Shown here: positions 19,636 through 29,353 of the stretch, one piece after another
Position numbering within the stretch: position 1 is the first letter of the stretch
Layout of the letters: every line of letters starts with the position of its first letter
Origin: Candidatus Saccharimonadota bacterium
Lineage (GTDB): Bacteria > Patescibacteriota > Saccharimonadia > Saccharimonadales > VXPC01
DNA: 64,000 nt
Direction: 5' to 3'
Assembly: GCA_026707815.1 (NCBI GenBank)
Contig: JAPOWB010000008.1
Location: forward strand, 62,230 to 126,229
Translations under genes and position numbers: made by a program
The notes under the pieces: model-generated
Seen by the model: the letters and a program-made list of their open reading frames with translations, nothing else
Told to the model about the DNA's origin: nothing
Database searches by the model: none

Positions 19636-22356
19636 TCAACTCTTGGGCAAGTCTTCTTTAGAGGTTTTAGTGAAGTTTGGTGGGGGTGGATTGCCTGGAT
19701 TGTGTTGGGCTTGTCGCTTCAAATCGTGCAACTGCTTCAAGCGTTCATCTAAAAGCTGACCTTGTCGATTAGCCTGCTTCTGTAAAGCCTGCTTACGCTT
19801 TAGCCAGCCATCTATAAATTGTTGATTGTTAATATTTTGAGCTGGGGGTTTTGGGGACTTGTCTAGAGCGGGATTTAATCTAGGTGGCATTTTGGAGGGC
19901 GGAAATTCTGATCTAGGTAACTTACTAGGATCAACCTCAAGGCGTTTGAAAATTTCAGTTTCAACTTCATCTCTTGGGCGAGAATGTCTTTTTAAAACAT
20001 ACTCAGTAGCTTGATTAATCTGGTCTTGATTATAGTCAATTGCCGGAGGCAGAGTTGTCATATTAAACGGCGGGGTTGGACTGCCATCAACTAGAGTCCT
20101 GACCACTGTATGCCCCAAGGATAAAGCTGTTAAATCATCTATTTTAAAAGCTGGACTATAAAATTGTTTGGTCAAAGCTTCCGCATCCGAAGCACTAATT
20201 CGAAAACTTACAGCTGTGCCGACATTGCCGAAAACTGCCTCACGTATTTCTTCTTTCAGTTGAGAAGTATATTGATTGGCCACTACTAAAGCTAGACGAT
20301 ATTTCCGAGCTTGGGATAAAATATTCTCAAAGCTGTCGGTGGCGAAATTTTGAAACTCATCAACATACAGCGTAAAATTGGTTCTCTGATCTTCACTGAC
20401 ATCAGCTCGACTCATAGCTGCCATTTGAAATTTAGTCACAAAGAGCATACCCAAGAGTTTCATATTTAACTCCCCCGTCCGACCGAAGCTTAAATTAATA
20501 ATCATGATTTTACCGTCATCCATAATCTGTCTCAGATCAAAAGAACTTTTAGTCTGACCGATAATATTTCTCATCATGCTGTTAGAAAGAAAGGCGGAGA
20601 ATTTAGAAATGAACCAGCTTTTCATATCCCCGAATTCACTGGAACGAGAAGCATCCAAAATCTCTTTCTTCCAAAAATCAATTACTGTCTTATCTGTGAC
20701 ATGAAGTAGCTTTTGTTCGACGTAACTACGATCATTGAATAATTGGGGTATGTCAATAAAACTGCCCCCTTGAGGATCAGCCATGATTAATTTGGCAGCA
20801 TTGCGAAACATATGTTCATAGCGTGGTCCCATAATACCCTGGTGATGAGGATCATAGAGTTTATACAGCATGGCAATAGCTTCTTGAATAAGTAAATCCT
20901 GTTGATCAACAGTGTCAGCCTCAAAAATATTCAAGCCCAAGGGATAATCAATATTAGCTGGATTAAAATAAATAACATCGTCTAATCTTTCTTGAGGAAT
21001 TTGGCTGATAATCTTATCAGCTAATTCTCCGTGGGGATCAACAACAGCAAAGCCTTTACCAGCTTGAACATCTTGCAAAATTAAATTTTCCAAAAAAACT
21101 GATTTACCTGTTCCAGTTTGACCAACGACATACATATGCCTTTGTCTATCTTGATCGCTAAGATAAATTGGGCGTTTCTGATCACGAAAGATGTTATAAC
21201 CTAACAGTAAACCTTCTTGGGAAAAATTGCGGGGTCCATCAACTTGTTTGGATGTTTGGCGTTCTAATTGTGAGGTCGGAATATTGGCTTGATCAGGAAT
21301 ATGAAAAATAGTAGCTAATTCGGTAGTATTTAAAATATTTTTCTTAGCCGATTGGGGGAAAAGCCTTAAATTGAAATTGTTCATGAACTGCTGTCGATCA
21401 TTGGTTTTGACAATTTTAAAGCCATTACTGCTTGGATCATCCAACAGTGAAAAAGTGGCTATAATATTCTGATAAACATTCTCCGTCAATTGAGCATCAT
21501 GAGTTACAGCTAAAACTCTGATTAGAGTCTCAAATCCAGGTTGACTAATTTTTTCGCCAATAGCTTCGACTTTCGCTTTTTCTAAACTGCTTAATTCTTT
21601 AGGTTTATTATCTTTGGTCTCTTCAGGAGATTTAACAGCACTAATCAACAAATCCTTGGCTAAATTATTAGATTTCTTTTGCTCGGAGATATTTCGTGCT
21701 ATCTTCTCAGCAGTTTTAATCCAGCGTGGATCAGCCGGTCTTAATAAAAGCTGAATAACCGCTCCATCTGATTCTTGCAAATTAGCTAAAGAACCCAGCA
21801 AAGATTTCATGATATCTTGTCGGGTTTTCACATAAGTAGCAATTGGATAAGCAAAATGCTCCTTAAGAGCTAATTCTCCACCCCGGGCATTTTCTAAAGT
21901 TGCAGTCTCAGAAAAAATATTATATTCATCGACTTCTTCTATTTTAGCTTCCTTATAGGTTGATGAAACTGCATGCTTAATAACCTCCACTAATTGCAAG
22001 GGGGCAATAGCATAAAAATAGATTTGACCGGCTTGGAGAACAATCTCAAAACCAAAATGAGATTGCCCCAAATAATTGGTCTGAAAACTCTGCTTTTCGG
22101 CAGTTGAAGTCAGGATGTTGTACAGCACTGAAGCCTTTGAGACATTCTCTTCAACAACCGTACGAGAATCTTTGTTCTCTGAAGTAACATCATCACTAAT
22201 CGGAGGTAAATGAATCCTTAAAGGTATCATAGATAGACCCCTTTCTAGATTAATCTGCTGACGGCGTTTATATCTGATAATTAGAAAGAGAATTAGAATA
22301 ACGACTACCGCTAGGACAAATATGCCCACCACAATTCCTAGAGTCTTAAATACCAT
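19636..22356 (-). CDS. TraD/VirD4/TrwB-like P-loop ATPase with an N-terminal TM helix and a Pro-rich C-terminal tail
   Basis: HMYVVGQTGTGKSVFLENLILQDVQAGKGFAVVDPHGELADKI (coupling-protein / HerA-like Walker A), then ALVVANQYTSQL...VSFRIS. The N-terminus has a hydrophobic helix. Confidence 0.5.
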   Translation of the reverse strand: MVFKTLGIVVGIFVLAVVVILILFLIIRYKRRQQINLERGLSMIPLRIHLPPISDDVTSENKDSRTVVEENVSKASVLYNILTSTAEKQSFQTNYLGQSHFGFEIVLQAGQIYFYAIAPLQLVEVIKHAVSSTYKEAKIEEVDEYNIFSETATLENARGGELALKEHFAYPIATYVKTRQDIMKSLLGSLANLQESDGAVIQLLLRPADPRWIKTAEKIARNISEQKKSNNLAKDLLISAVKSPEETKDNKPKELSSLEKAKVEAIGEKISQPGFETLIRVLAVTHDAQLTENVYQNIIATFSLLDDPSSNGFKIVKTNDRQQFMNNFNLRLFPQSAKKNILNTTELATIFHIPDQANIPTSQLERQTSKQVDGPRNFSQEGLLLGYNIFRDQKRPIYLSDQDRQRHMYVVGQTGTGKSVFLENLILQDVQAGKGFAVVDPHGELADKIISQIPQERLDDVIYFNPANIDYPLGLNIFEADTVDQQDLLIQEAIAMLYKLYDPHHQGIMGPRYEHMFRNAAKLIMADPQGGSFIDIPQLFNDRSYVEQKLLHVTDKTVIDFWKKEILDASRSSEFGDMKSWFISKFSAFLSNSMMRNIIGQTKSSFDLRQIMDDGKIMIINLSFGRTGELNMKLLGMLFVTKFQMAAMSRADVSEDQRTNFTLYVDEFQNFATDSFENILSQARKYRLALVVANQYTSQLKEEIREAVFGNVGTAVSFRISASDAEALTKQFYSPAFKIDDLTALSLGHTVVRTLVDGSPTPPFNMTTLPPAIDYNQDQINQATEYVLKRHSRPRDEVETEIFKRLEVDPSKLPRSEFPPSKMPPRLNPALDKSPKPPAQNINNQQFIDGWLKRKQALQKQANRQGQLLDERLKQLHDLKRQAQHNPGNPPPPNFTKTSKEDLPKS

Positions 22357-22374
22357 ATATATCAGCTATTATAC

Positions 22375-22779
22375 TCAGAATCTAAGCATAAGGATTTGAA
22401 AAGCTTTCTTGAGCTGATTAAATTCCTGACGACTTTGATGGGGATTTGACTGATTGGCTTTAAAAACAGCCCCAATCTGCCGAGAATATTTTTGAATTAA
22501 TTCTTTACGAGATAATTGGGTTTGCCTAGCAATAATTTCCCGCCATCTCCCATCAATATCTTCACCCACCGATGCATCTTGATTAATAAGCTGAGACCGA
22601 CTTAAAGCTGTTTCAACAGAGGGAGATACAGATGGTTTAGTAACATTTACAGATTTTGGGGCTGAAGATCCGGCATGGATGCGAGAAACTCCCTCTTCAT
22701 GATATTGGGAATTCAGAACTGTCTCTCGACTCTGCGCTGGTGATACTTCTCTATTTACATCTTTCATACTACGATGCAA
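22375..22779 (-). CDS. Hypothetical protein
   Basis: A 134-aa ORF downstream of the TraD-like gene with no recognisable motif. Confidence 0.3.
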   Translation of the reverse strand: MHRSMKDVNREVSPAQSRETVLNSQYHEEGVSRIHAGSSAPKSVNVTKPSVSPSVETALSRSQLINQDASVGEDIDGRWREIIARQTQLSRKELIQKYSRQIGAVFKANQSNPHQSRQEFNQLKKAFQILMLRF

Positions 22780-22791
22780 TTATACATTACT

Positions 22792-23175
22792 TCACCACTT
22801 ATTTGCATAAAACTTAATAACATATGCGAAGATGCAAAAATTCAAAAGCAAAATAATAATGATTGAATTAAAGCTTAGAAAATTGCCAGTATTAATTAAG
22901 AGTAACTGGGCAATAATCAAACTGCCTAAAATGGCTAGTTTATTGGCAGATACAGATGTCAGGAAAAATCGGCTGATAGCTTGGATGATTAGAAAGAATA
23001 AAAAGGTTATAACGCTGAAAACAATTAGAATCACTAGTGGATCTAGTGAACCATCTTCCATATAGGGTGAAAATCTAGTCATATATGTATATAAAAAGAA
23101 AATTAACCCTGCAACTAGAATCCATTTTAAGAATGACTGCCGCAAATAATCTAAAAACTGCTTTTTAAAAGACAT
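22792..23175 (-). CDS. Hypothetical membrane protein
   Basis: It is 127 aa with several hydrophobic helices. Confidence 0.35.
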   Translation of the reverse strand: MSFKKQFLDYLRQSFLKWILVAGLIFFLYTYMTRFSPYMEDGSLDPLVILIVFSVITFLFFLIIQAISRFFLTSVSANKLAILGSLIIAQLLLINTGNFLSFNSIIIILLLNFCIFAYVIKFYANKW

Positions 23176-23929
23176 AAAAGTGAGTATCTGAAATTTATTT
23201 ATTCTATTTTAGCAAGTTTTCTAAAAATAATTGAGATAAATTGCCTATCTTATAGAATCAGCTTCTATCATAAAATCGCCTTTGTAATTTTTGGAGTCAA
23301 AATGTTGTTATACAAACAACTAAAAGATAAGAAGTCTCCAAAATTTAGGATTTGCAATACTCAAATCTTCGTTAAGCTGAATGAAAAAATGATATATGCT
23401 GCAATTCCTTAGTGATTTCAAGAATCTAGGCAATATATCAGTTTAAACTGTAGAATTTTGATTTTTTAAAGCTAGTTATAAGCTCTGCTACCTAAAATTC
23501 AGTTATCTATCTTAGGCAGTCTAGGATGTTGGGTTGGAATATTCAACATAGGCAGATTTGGTCAAAACCGGACTAAATTTAAAGATTTTGGATTGACTGA
23601 AAATGTGCATTAGATTACCAAATTGATTGGAAAATAACAGAAATGATGACATGAAAATATAAATCAAAATGCTGACTAATTTTTGGGGCAAAATATTGGT
23701 TTTCCACATATTGACAATTAAACTTAAGAGTATTAAACTGAAGCTAGTACTTGACTAAAAAAGGTACTCAAAAATAAAAATATCAATATGAAAAACAACG
23801 GCTTCTCGCAGGTCGTTGTTTCTATTTTATAGAGAATGCAAAGCACCTCTGTAATCTGAGAAAAAGATTGAAGCCTAACAGATAACTTGTTACAATAAAA
23901 TATATACATGAAATCTAAGGAGTTTACAG

Positions 23930-24445
23930 ATTAGAAAAAAACCTCCCATTAATGAAGCAATTATTGCCAAAGAATTGCGGGTGATTGATGAAAATGGTCA
24001 ATCATTTGGCATAGTTTCTAAAAATGAAGCTTTAAAAATGGCAAAAGAATCTGAAGCTGATTTAGTTATAGTTTCCCCCCAATCTAATCCACCAGTAGCT
24101 AAAATTATTGATTGGGGTAAATATACTTATCAAAATAAAAAGAAGAAACAGAAGAATCTGAAAGCAAACAATAATAGATCCAGTGATTTGAAGCAAATGA
24201 GATTTGGCATGAAGATTAGTGAAAATGATTTGGATGTTAAGTTGCGAAAAGTCAGTAAGTTTTTAGAGGAGGGCAGTAAAGTGAAGCTCTTTGTTGTTTT
24301 AAGGGGGCGAGAATTAGAATATAAAGATTTGGGCTTTGAATTGGCTCAAAAACTTATTGCTAAATTAGAAGGTATTGGTATAGTTGAACAGGAGCCTAGA
24401 TTCAGTGGGCGACAGATTAATATGCTAATTAGAAGTGCAAAATAA
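23930..24445 (+). CDS. infC: Translation initiation factor IF-3, with an AUU start codon
   Basis: RVIDENGQSFGIVSKNEALKMAKE...DLV..SPQSNPPVAKIIDWGKYTY matches IF-3. The frame is open upstream to ATT at 23930, preceded by AAGGAG (23916-23921). The ORF track's TTG at 23975 would truncate the conserved N-terminus (PPINEAIIAKELRVID aligns with E. coli INGEIRAQEVRL). Confidence 0.85.
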   Translation: MRKKPPINEAIIAKELRVIDENGQSFGIVSKNEALKMAKESEADLVIVSPQSNPPVAKIIDWGKYTYQNKKKKQKNLKANNNRSSDLKQMRFGMKISENDLDVKLRKVSKFLEEGSKVKLFVVLRGRELEYKDLGFELAQKLIAKLEGIGIVEQEPRFSGRQINMLIRSAK

Positions 24446-24630
24446 TGCCCAAGCAAAAAACTCACCAAGGTGTCAAAGCTAGATTTAAAATAACTCGCAA
24501 TAAGCGAGTCTTAGCCCGTAAATCCCATGCTAATCATAATTTATCTAAGAAAAAACCAGCCCGGAAAAGAACCTTTCAAATCCCTAAAGTTATTACCGGT
24601 AAAATAAGTAAGCAAATTAAAGAAAATTAA
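24445..24630 (+). CDS. rpmI: 50S ribosomal protein L35
   Basis: MPKQKTHQGVKARFKITRNKRVLARKSHANHNLSKKK; it overlaps the infC stop. Confidence 0.85.
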   Translation: MPKQKTHQGVKARFKITRNKRVLARKSHANHNLSKKKPARKRTFQIPKVITGKISKQIKEN

Positions 24631-24633
24631 ACT

Positions 24634-24981
24634 ATGCGCACAAAACGAAGTGTAACCGCTCGGAAAAGACATAAAAAAGTTCTCAAAGCCACAAAAGGCA
24701 TGCAGAAAATCCATCGCAGCAGTTATCGTCTGGGTAAACAAGCTCTGATTAAAGCTTTGAGATATGCTTACCGAGATCGCAGAACTCGAAAACGTTCAAT
24801 GCGACAATTATGGATTATTCGAATCAACGCAGCTTGCCGACAATATAATCTAACATACTCACAATTAATTCCTCAATTAGAAAAAACCAAGATAGAACTA
24901 GACCGCAAATCTTTGGCTTATTTAGCTACTCAAGAACAACAAGCTTTTGAAACAGTTATCAAGAATCTAGATAATATTTAA
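24634..24981 (+). CDS. rplT: 50S ribosomal protein L20
   Basis: MRTKRSVTARKRHKKVLKATKG...YAYRDRRTRKR..R.LWI.RINAA.R. Confidence 0.9.
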   Translation: MRTKRSVTARKRHKKVLKATKGMQKIHRSSYRLGKQALIKALRYAYRDRRTRKRSMRQLWIIRINAACRQYNLTYSQLIPQLEKTKIELDRKSLAYLATQEQQAFETVIKNLDNI

Positions 24982-24991
24982 GAAAAACGGG

Positions 24992-25399
24992 GTGAACAAT
25001 ATGCAATCACCATTAAAGTTGGTTGAATTAATTGAGAAAGCCCCTTGGAGGGAGGCAGTTACTTTCAGAAAGACATTTCCCCATGAGTATGTTTTTTTAA
25101 TCAAGAATAAACAGGCGGAATTGTATTTAGAAATCTGCAAGAGAATGTGCGATGGCGAAGCTATTGAGGGGCAATTTTTTAGAAATAAAATGACCTATCT
25201 TTTCATTGGAGAATACAAATATTGGTTTATGGTTCCCTGCCATCAGATTCCAATTATGAATCCTGACCAAGACTATGTTCTCAATAGGTGTCCGCTTACC
25301 AGAACCCGTTATGACTTCATAATAGATGGTAAAAAGGAAGTTGTAATGACTGAAAAACAGCGTAAAGAATATTATAATAAAGTTGATTACACAGAATAA
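24992..25399 (+). CDS. Hypothetical protein
   Basis: A 135-aa ORF co-directional with the L20 operon. Confidence 0.35.
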   Translation: MNNMQSPLKLVELIEKAPWREAVTFRKTFPHEYVFLIKNKQAELYLEICKRMCDGEAIEGQFFRNKMTYLFIGEYKYWFMVPCHQIPIMNPDQDYVLNRCPLTRTRYDFIIDGKKEVVMTEKQRKEYYNKVDYTE

Positions 25400-25400
25400 A

Positions 25401-25742
25401 AAGCTAGATAGCCGATAAGCCGGGTTTTGTCGTGATCAATCATTTATCTAGGACAATGATTACTCATTACCTCTAGCGGTTCACGTAGTTTATTTAGCGA
25501 GCAACTATTTATAAACTACCCCCTTGCTACAGATAGGGTTTACCTGCTTTTATTTGTCGCCAAATAAAATTGTAAGCTCTTACCTCACTCGTTTCACCCT
25601 TGCTTAAATTCAAATTAAGCGGTACACGTTTCTGTGGCACTTTCCCTAAGGTCGCCCTCGGTTGCCGTTAGCAACTATCCTGCTCTATGTAGCCCGGACT
25701 TTCCTCCAGTTTAAAACTGGCGATTGACTAGCTATCTAGCTT
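25401..25742 (-). ncRNA. rnpB: RNase P RNA (bacterial type A)
   Basis: The minus strand reads AAGCUAGAUAGC...GGAGGAAAGUCCGGGCUACAUAGAGCAGGAUAG...GGGAAAGUGCCACAGAAA...ACAAAACCCGGCUUAUCGGCUAUCUAGCUU. The P4 strands and the ACAGAAA motif are conserved, and the 5' and 3' ends pair to form P1. Confidence 0.85.
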
Positions 25743-25786
25743 AGTTATTTTAACAATTGAAACAAAAAACTCCAAAATAACCCTCC

Positions 25787-26401
25787 CTACAAATTTTGAT
25801 TCAAAATTTGATTGACTATAGCATCAGCTTTTTGGTTGTATTTGCGAGGAATAAAAGTAATGCTATAGGTTTGCAATTGAGCTAAATAATCAACAACCTC
25901 TTGATAAATCAAACTTAAATCTGGATTGCGAACCTTGTATTGCCCTTGAATCTGCTTGACAATCAACTGACTATCCATAAAAATTTGCAAAGATTCAATT
26001 TGTTTATTCAAAGCTAATTTAACGCCTTGGAGTAAGCCTTGATATTCAGCTTGATTATTAGTGCAATATTTATAAAAAGTTCCTCCAGAATCTAAAACTT
26101 GATCATTTTTATCCAATAAAATGAAACCACAAGCTCCTGGACCTGGATTACCTCTTGAGCCACCATCACAAAATAATTTTGCGGAATCAATGGAGAAATC
26201 CTGATTAAAATATGCCTCAATAATGGGGATTAATAATCTGCCGCCAGTTTGAGTTTCAAGCTCAACTTGATGGTCTTTAAAGTAAATTTTCAAATCCTTA
26301 ATCTCAACTGATGATAGTTTTTGACTGAGATAATTTATGAAATCCCAAGCAGTCTGCCGGTTAGTAAATTCTTTTTTAAATTTATAGCTACCCAAAGACA
26401 T
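25787..26401 (-). CDS. rnhA: Ribonuclease HI with an N-terminal extension
   Basis: CDGGSRGNPGPGACGFILLD...AEYQGLLQGVKLAL (RNase H active-site region). Confidence 0.7.
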   Translation of the reverse strand: MSLGSYKFKKEFTNRQTAWDFINYLSQKLSSVEIKDLKIYFKDHQVELETQTGGRLLIPIIEAYFNQDFSIDSAKLFCDGGSRGNPGPGACGFILLDKNDQVLDSGGTFYKYCTNNQAEYQGLLQGVKLALNKQIESLQIFMDSQLIVKQIQGQYKVRNPDLSLIYQEVVDYLAQLQTYSITFIPRKYNQKADAIVNQILNQNL

Positions 26402-26520
26402 AATCCTAAAGATTTATTCTATGTAATTACTGCCAAACAACCTTCAACTGTAATTCTGATTTCCTCAAGACTCATTTAAGATATAATAAACGGATACTTA
26501 TGTATGACAAGATTAATTAT

Positions 26521-26597
26521 CGGGATGTGGCGCAGTTGGCTAGCGCGTACGGCTGGGGGCCGTGAGGTCGCAGGTTCAAGTCCTGTCATCCCGACCA
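26521..26597 (+). tRNA. tRNA-Pro (GGG)
   Basis: It has a cloverleaf with a C1:G72 acceptor pair, anticodon loop CUGGGGG, a TTCAAGT T-loop, and an encoded 3' ACCA. Confidence 0.8.
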
Positions 26598-26867
26598 TTT
26601 AATTAATTCATCTAAAAAACATAATAAAACTAGCGATGACTTTGAGTTATATCTGTTCGAAAAACCCAAGGTGGTAATTCTCATATTAGTTCTTCAACTA
26701 ATGAATATTGAATCCCATAACTATTATTTAGCAGATTAATCATAGTTTCACCGCTAGTATCTCTATTATACCAGTAATTCAATTTGTATTGACTGTCAAA
26801 TTTTTACAATTAACCTGAGATTTGCTAAAATATTGCAGAATCTAATATTAATAAGAGTATAAAAGAT

Positions 26868-27101
26868 ATGAGAAAATGTGACTTAAGTGGTAAAGGTAAG
26901 CAACACGGACATAACGTTAGCTTTTCCTTGAGACGTACCCCAAAGATTTGGAAACCTAATCTACATAAGAAAACTCTCTTCATTAATGGGCAAAAAGTAC
27001 GACTCAAGATCAGTACCCATGCTTTGAGAACATTGAAAAAGAAAAATCTGCTTGACCAACCGCCCAAAAAATATGTCACTAAGCGAAAATCTTCAGACTA
27101 A
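26868..27101 (+). CDS. rpmB: 50S ribosomal protein L28
   Basis: MRKCDLSGKGKQHGHNVSFSLRRTPKIWKPNLHKK. Confidence 0.8.
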   Translation: MRKCDLSGKGKQHGHNVSFSLRRTPKIWKPNLHKKTLFINGQKVRLKISTHALRTLKKKNLLDQPPKKYVTKRKSSD

Positions 27102-27702
27102 GAGTTTCAGATAACTCATTTCTGTTAATTTTAAAAGTGCCACTTATAGAATCAGAATCAATGGCTAGCTGTTTGACGAATTCTTTATAATCTTGTTGCG
27201 AAACTTCATATTGAAGCTTCGAATTATGGTAGTGGGTTGGAATCACGATTTTGGGATTAATGTTTTTGGTTAATTGCAAAGCTCCAGTAGCATCTAAAGT
27301 ATAACCATTATTGCCCACCGGAATGAGTAGGATATCAATAATGCCTAGTCGTTCTAGTTGATTATCTCTTAAATTCGCCTGAATATGTCCAACTACAGCG
27401 ACTGATAAATTTTCGGCTTCTATTCTATAAATAGTATTCCTCAGAATTCCAGTCTCATCCATATAGCTTTGGGCTTCAATTCCGTTAATAAAAACCTCAC
27501 CAACTTCATAACTACCAGGACTATCTAGAAGCAGTTTATACTTGTCGGGAAATTCAAATAAGTGGTTAGCCGTCAGACATAAAACATCATCAGAAGTAGT
27601 GACAGGTTTAGCGCCCAACTGCTTCAAATTATCATCAAAAATTAAGTTAGTAGAACCAACTTTAATTTTTAGACAGTTGGCGCCAAAAAAACTAATCTGC
27701 AT
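27079..27702 (-). CDS. MBL-fold metallo-hydrolase (UPF0173-like)
   Basis: It is 207 aa with ...IDILLIPVGNNGYTLDATGA...IVIPTHYH. Confidence 0.45.
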   Translation of the reverse strand: MQISFFGANCLKIKVGSTNLIFDDNLKQLGAKPVTTSDDVLCLTANHLFEFPDKYKLLLDSPGSYEVGEVFINGIEAQSYMDETGILRNTIYRIEAENLSVAVVGHIQANLRDNQLERLGIIDILLIPVGNNGYTLDATGALQLTKNINPKIVIPTHYHNSKLQYEVSQQDYKEFVKQLAIDSDSISGTFKINRNELSETLSLKIFA

Positions 27703-28336
27703 TTTTTAAAATGCTATGTTTGTCAACCTTGACAACCAATTTACTGCTCAACATTGTAGCAGTAAATCTATCCTTAATTTTTAGTCGATAATGAAATTCT
27801 TCTTCATTCATGACCAAGTACCTAATTTCGCCATCAATGGAGGCTTCTAAGTTATCTACGTAAGTTTTCAGGCTGCTTGGCGTAACATTACCAACAATTA
27901 GAACATCAGCCGGCGCCCGGGCATCAAGAGTAAAAATACCACCCAAAACAACTAGTGAAACATTACCCAAAGCTTTTTCTTGAGCAGGCAGTTTTGGAGT
28001 CGGAGTTTTAACTACTGCTTCACTTTTTGTAGTCGCTTTACTGTCTTTAGTTTTAGTCACGCCTCCACCGACGACTTTAGTTACACTATTGAATAAATTA
28101 AATAAATCTTTGTACTTATCAAACTTCTGATTAACCTCATAATACAACTTATTATTAGCACTGTCAGAAGTGATAACACCTATAGATAGCAAATTAGACA
28201 GTTCTCGGCGAACAGAATTAATTTGTTCATTAATCTTGCGAGTGATTTCTCGCACATAAAAAGACTGATTTGGATTTGATAAAAACAGTCTTAAAAGCTT
28301 ATAACGAGTTTTGGAGCCAAATAAATTTTCAATCAT
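27692..28336 (-). CDS. Hypothetical protein with an N-terminal winged-helix-like domain
   Basis: YKLLRLFLSNPNQSFYVREITRKINEQINSVRRELSNLLSIGVI. Confidence 0.35.
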   Translation of the reverse strand: MIENLFGSKTRYKLLRLFLSNPNQSFYVREITRKINEQINSVRRELSNLLSIGVITSDSANNKLYYEVNQKFDKYKDLFNLFNSVTKVVGGGVTKTKDSKATTKSEAVVKTPTPKLPAQEKALGNVSLVVLGGIFTLDARAPADVLIVGNVTPSSLKTYVDNLEASIDGEIRYLVMNEEEFHYRLKIKDRFTATMLSSKLVVKVDKHSILKNAD

Positions 28337-28394
28337 TACTTTAATAAAAGTTTAACATAATTCTGAAAATTACAACTATATTTTTTGAGAAAAA

Positions 28395-29351
28395 TTAATT
28401 TCTGAAATCAAAATAAATGACTTTATCTGAATTTTTTCTTTTAAATTTAACCAAATCTTCAGCGGGAATTAATTTGTGATTTTTGGGTGAACATAAAGTA
28501 TTCAAAAAATTAGCTGATTCCTCTTTGGTTATTAGAGTATCTAAATCTCCAGCAGATTTCTGTAAAACATACCAATTACTAGAACTTAAAGGCAATACAG
28601 CACTTAGAATCTGTAGAGCATATTCAAATGGGTAGCTGATTTTATGAAATCTTCTGGCTAACTTAAAACTTCTAAGCCAAGAAGCTGAGCGTTTGTGGAT
28701 AATCCTAAATTTGTGTTCAATTATCAATCGCTCCAAATAATTCGCTTTATAATTACGGATTAAAGTAAAATTATCATCTTTTTTTTCTAATCCCAACTTC
28801 AAATCAAGCCAATCTTTCCGCCAAACTTTAAAATTGAAAGTTAGCAAAGATTTTAAAAATAGACCAAGATGATTCTTATTTGAGGCTTGAAAAATAAATA
28901 AGCTGTTGGGTTTTAGAACTCGGAAAGTTTCTTTGAAAAATTGGCTTGGATCTTCAAGATGATGAATTAATCTAATAGAAATTAGGGATGTCTGCGAATT
29001 ATTAATAAAGGGTAAATTATAGGCATCAGCTGCAATTAGGTGTAGTTTTATGTTTTCTTTTTTAGCTGATTGCTTAGCAAGATGAAAACCATTATCAGCA
29101 TAATCTAAAATAGCAACCTCTCCAAAAGTAGTGGCGTAGAGAGGTAAAAATCGTCCAAAATTCCCACCAATATCAACTAGACATTTTGATTTATCGAATT
29201 TTGGAAAATATTTTTTAAAGTATTTTTTTAAAAGCAACGTCTCTGCCCGTTGGTCATAATTTCTGTCATCCCAAAAATGAGAATAGACTTCTTCAGCTTG
29301 CTGGACGTTGTAATCAACCACTCGAGGTTGAGTATTTGATTTCTTAGACAT
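28395..29351 (-). CDS. Class I SAM-dependent methyltransferase
   Basis: LVDIGGNFGRFLPLYATTFGEVAILDYADNG (motif I) ... LIAADAYNLPF. Confidence 0.5.
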   Translation of the reverse strand: MSKKSNTQPRVVDYNVQQAEEVYSHFWDDRNYDQRAETLLLKKYFKKYFPKFDKSKCLVDIGGNFGRFLPLYATTFGEVAILDYADNGFHLAKQSAKKENIKLHLIAADAYNLPFINNSQTSLISIRLIHHLEDPSQFFKETFRVLKPNSLFIFQASNKNHLGLFLKSLLTFNFKVWRKDWLDLKLGLEKKDDNFTLIRNYKANYLERLIIEHKFRIIHKRSASWLRSFKLARRFHKISYPFEYALQILSAVLPLSSSNWYVLQKSAGDLDTLITKEESANFLNTLCSPKNHKLIPAEDLVKFKRKNSDKVIYFDFRN

Positions 29352-29353
29352 TT

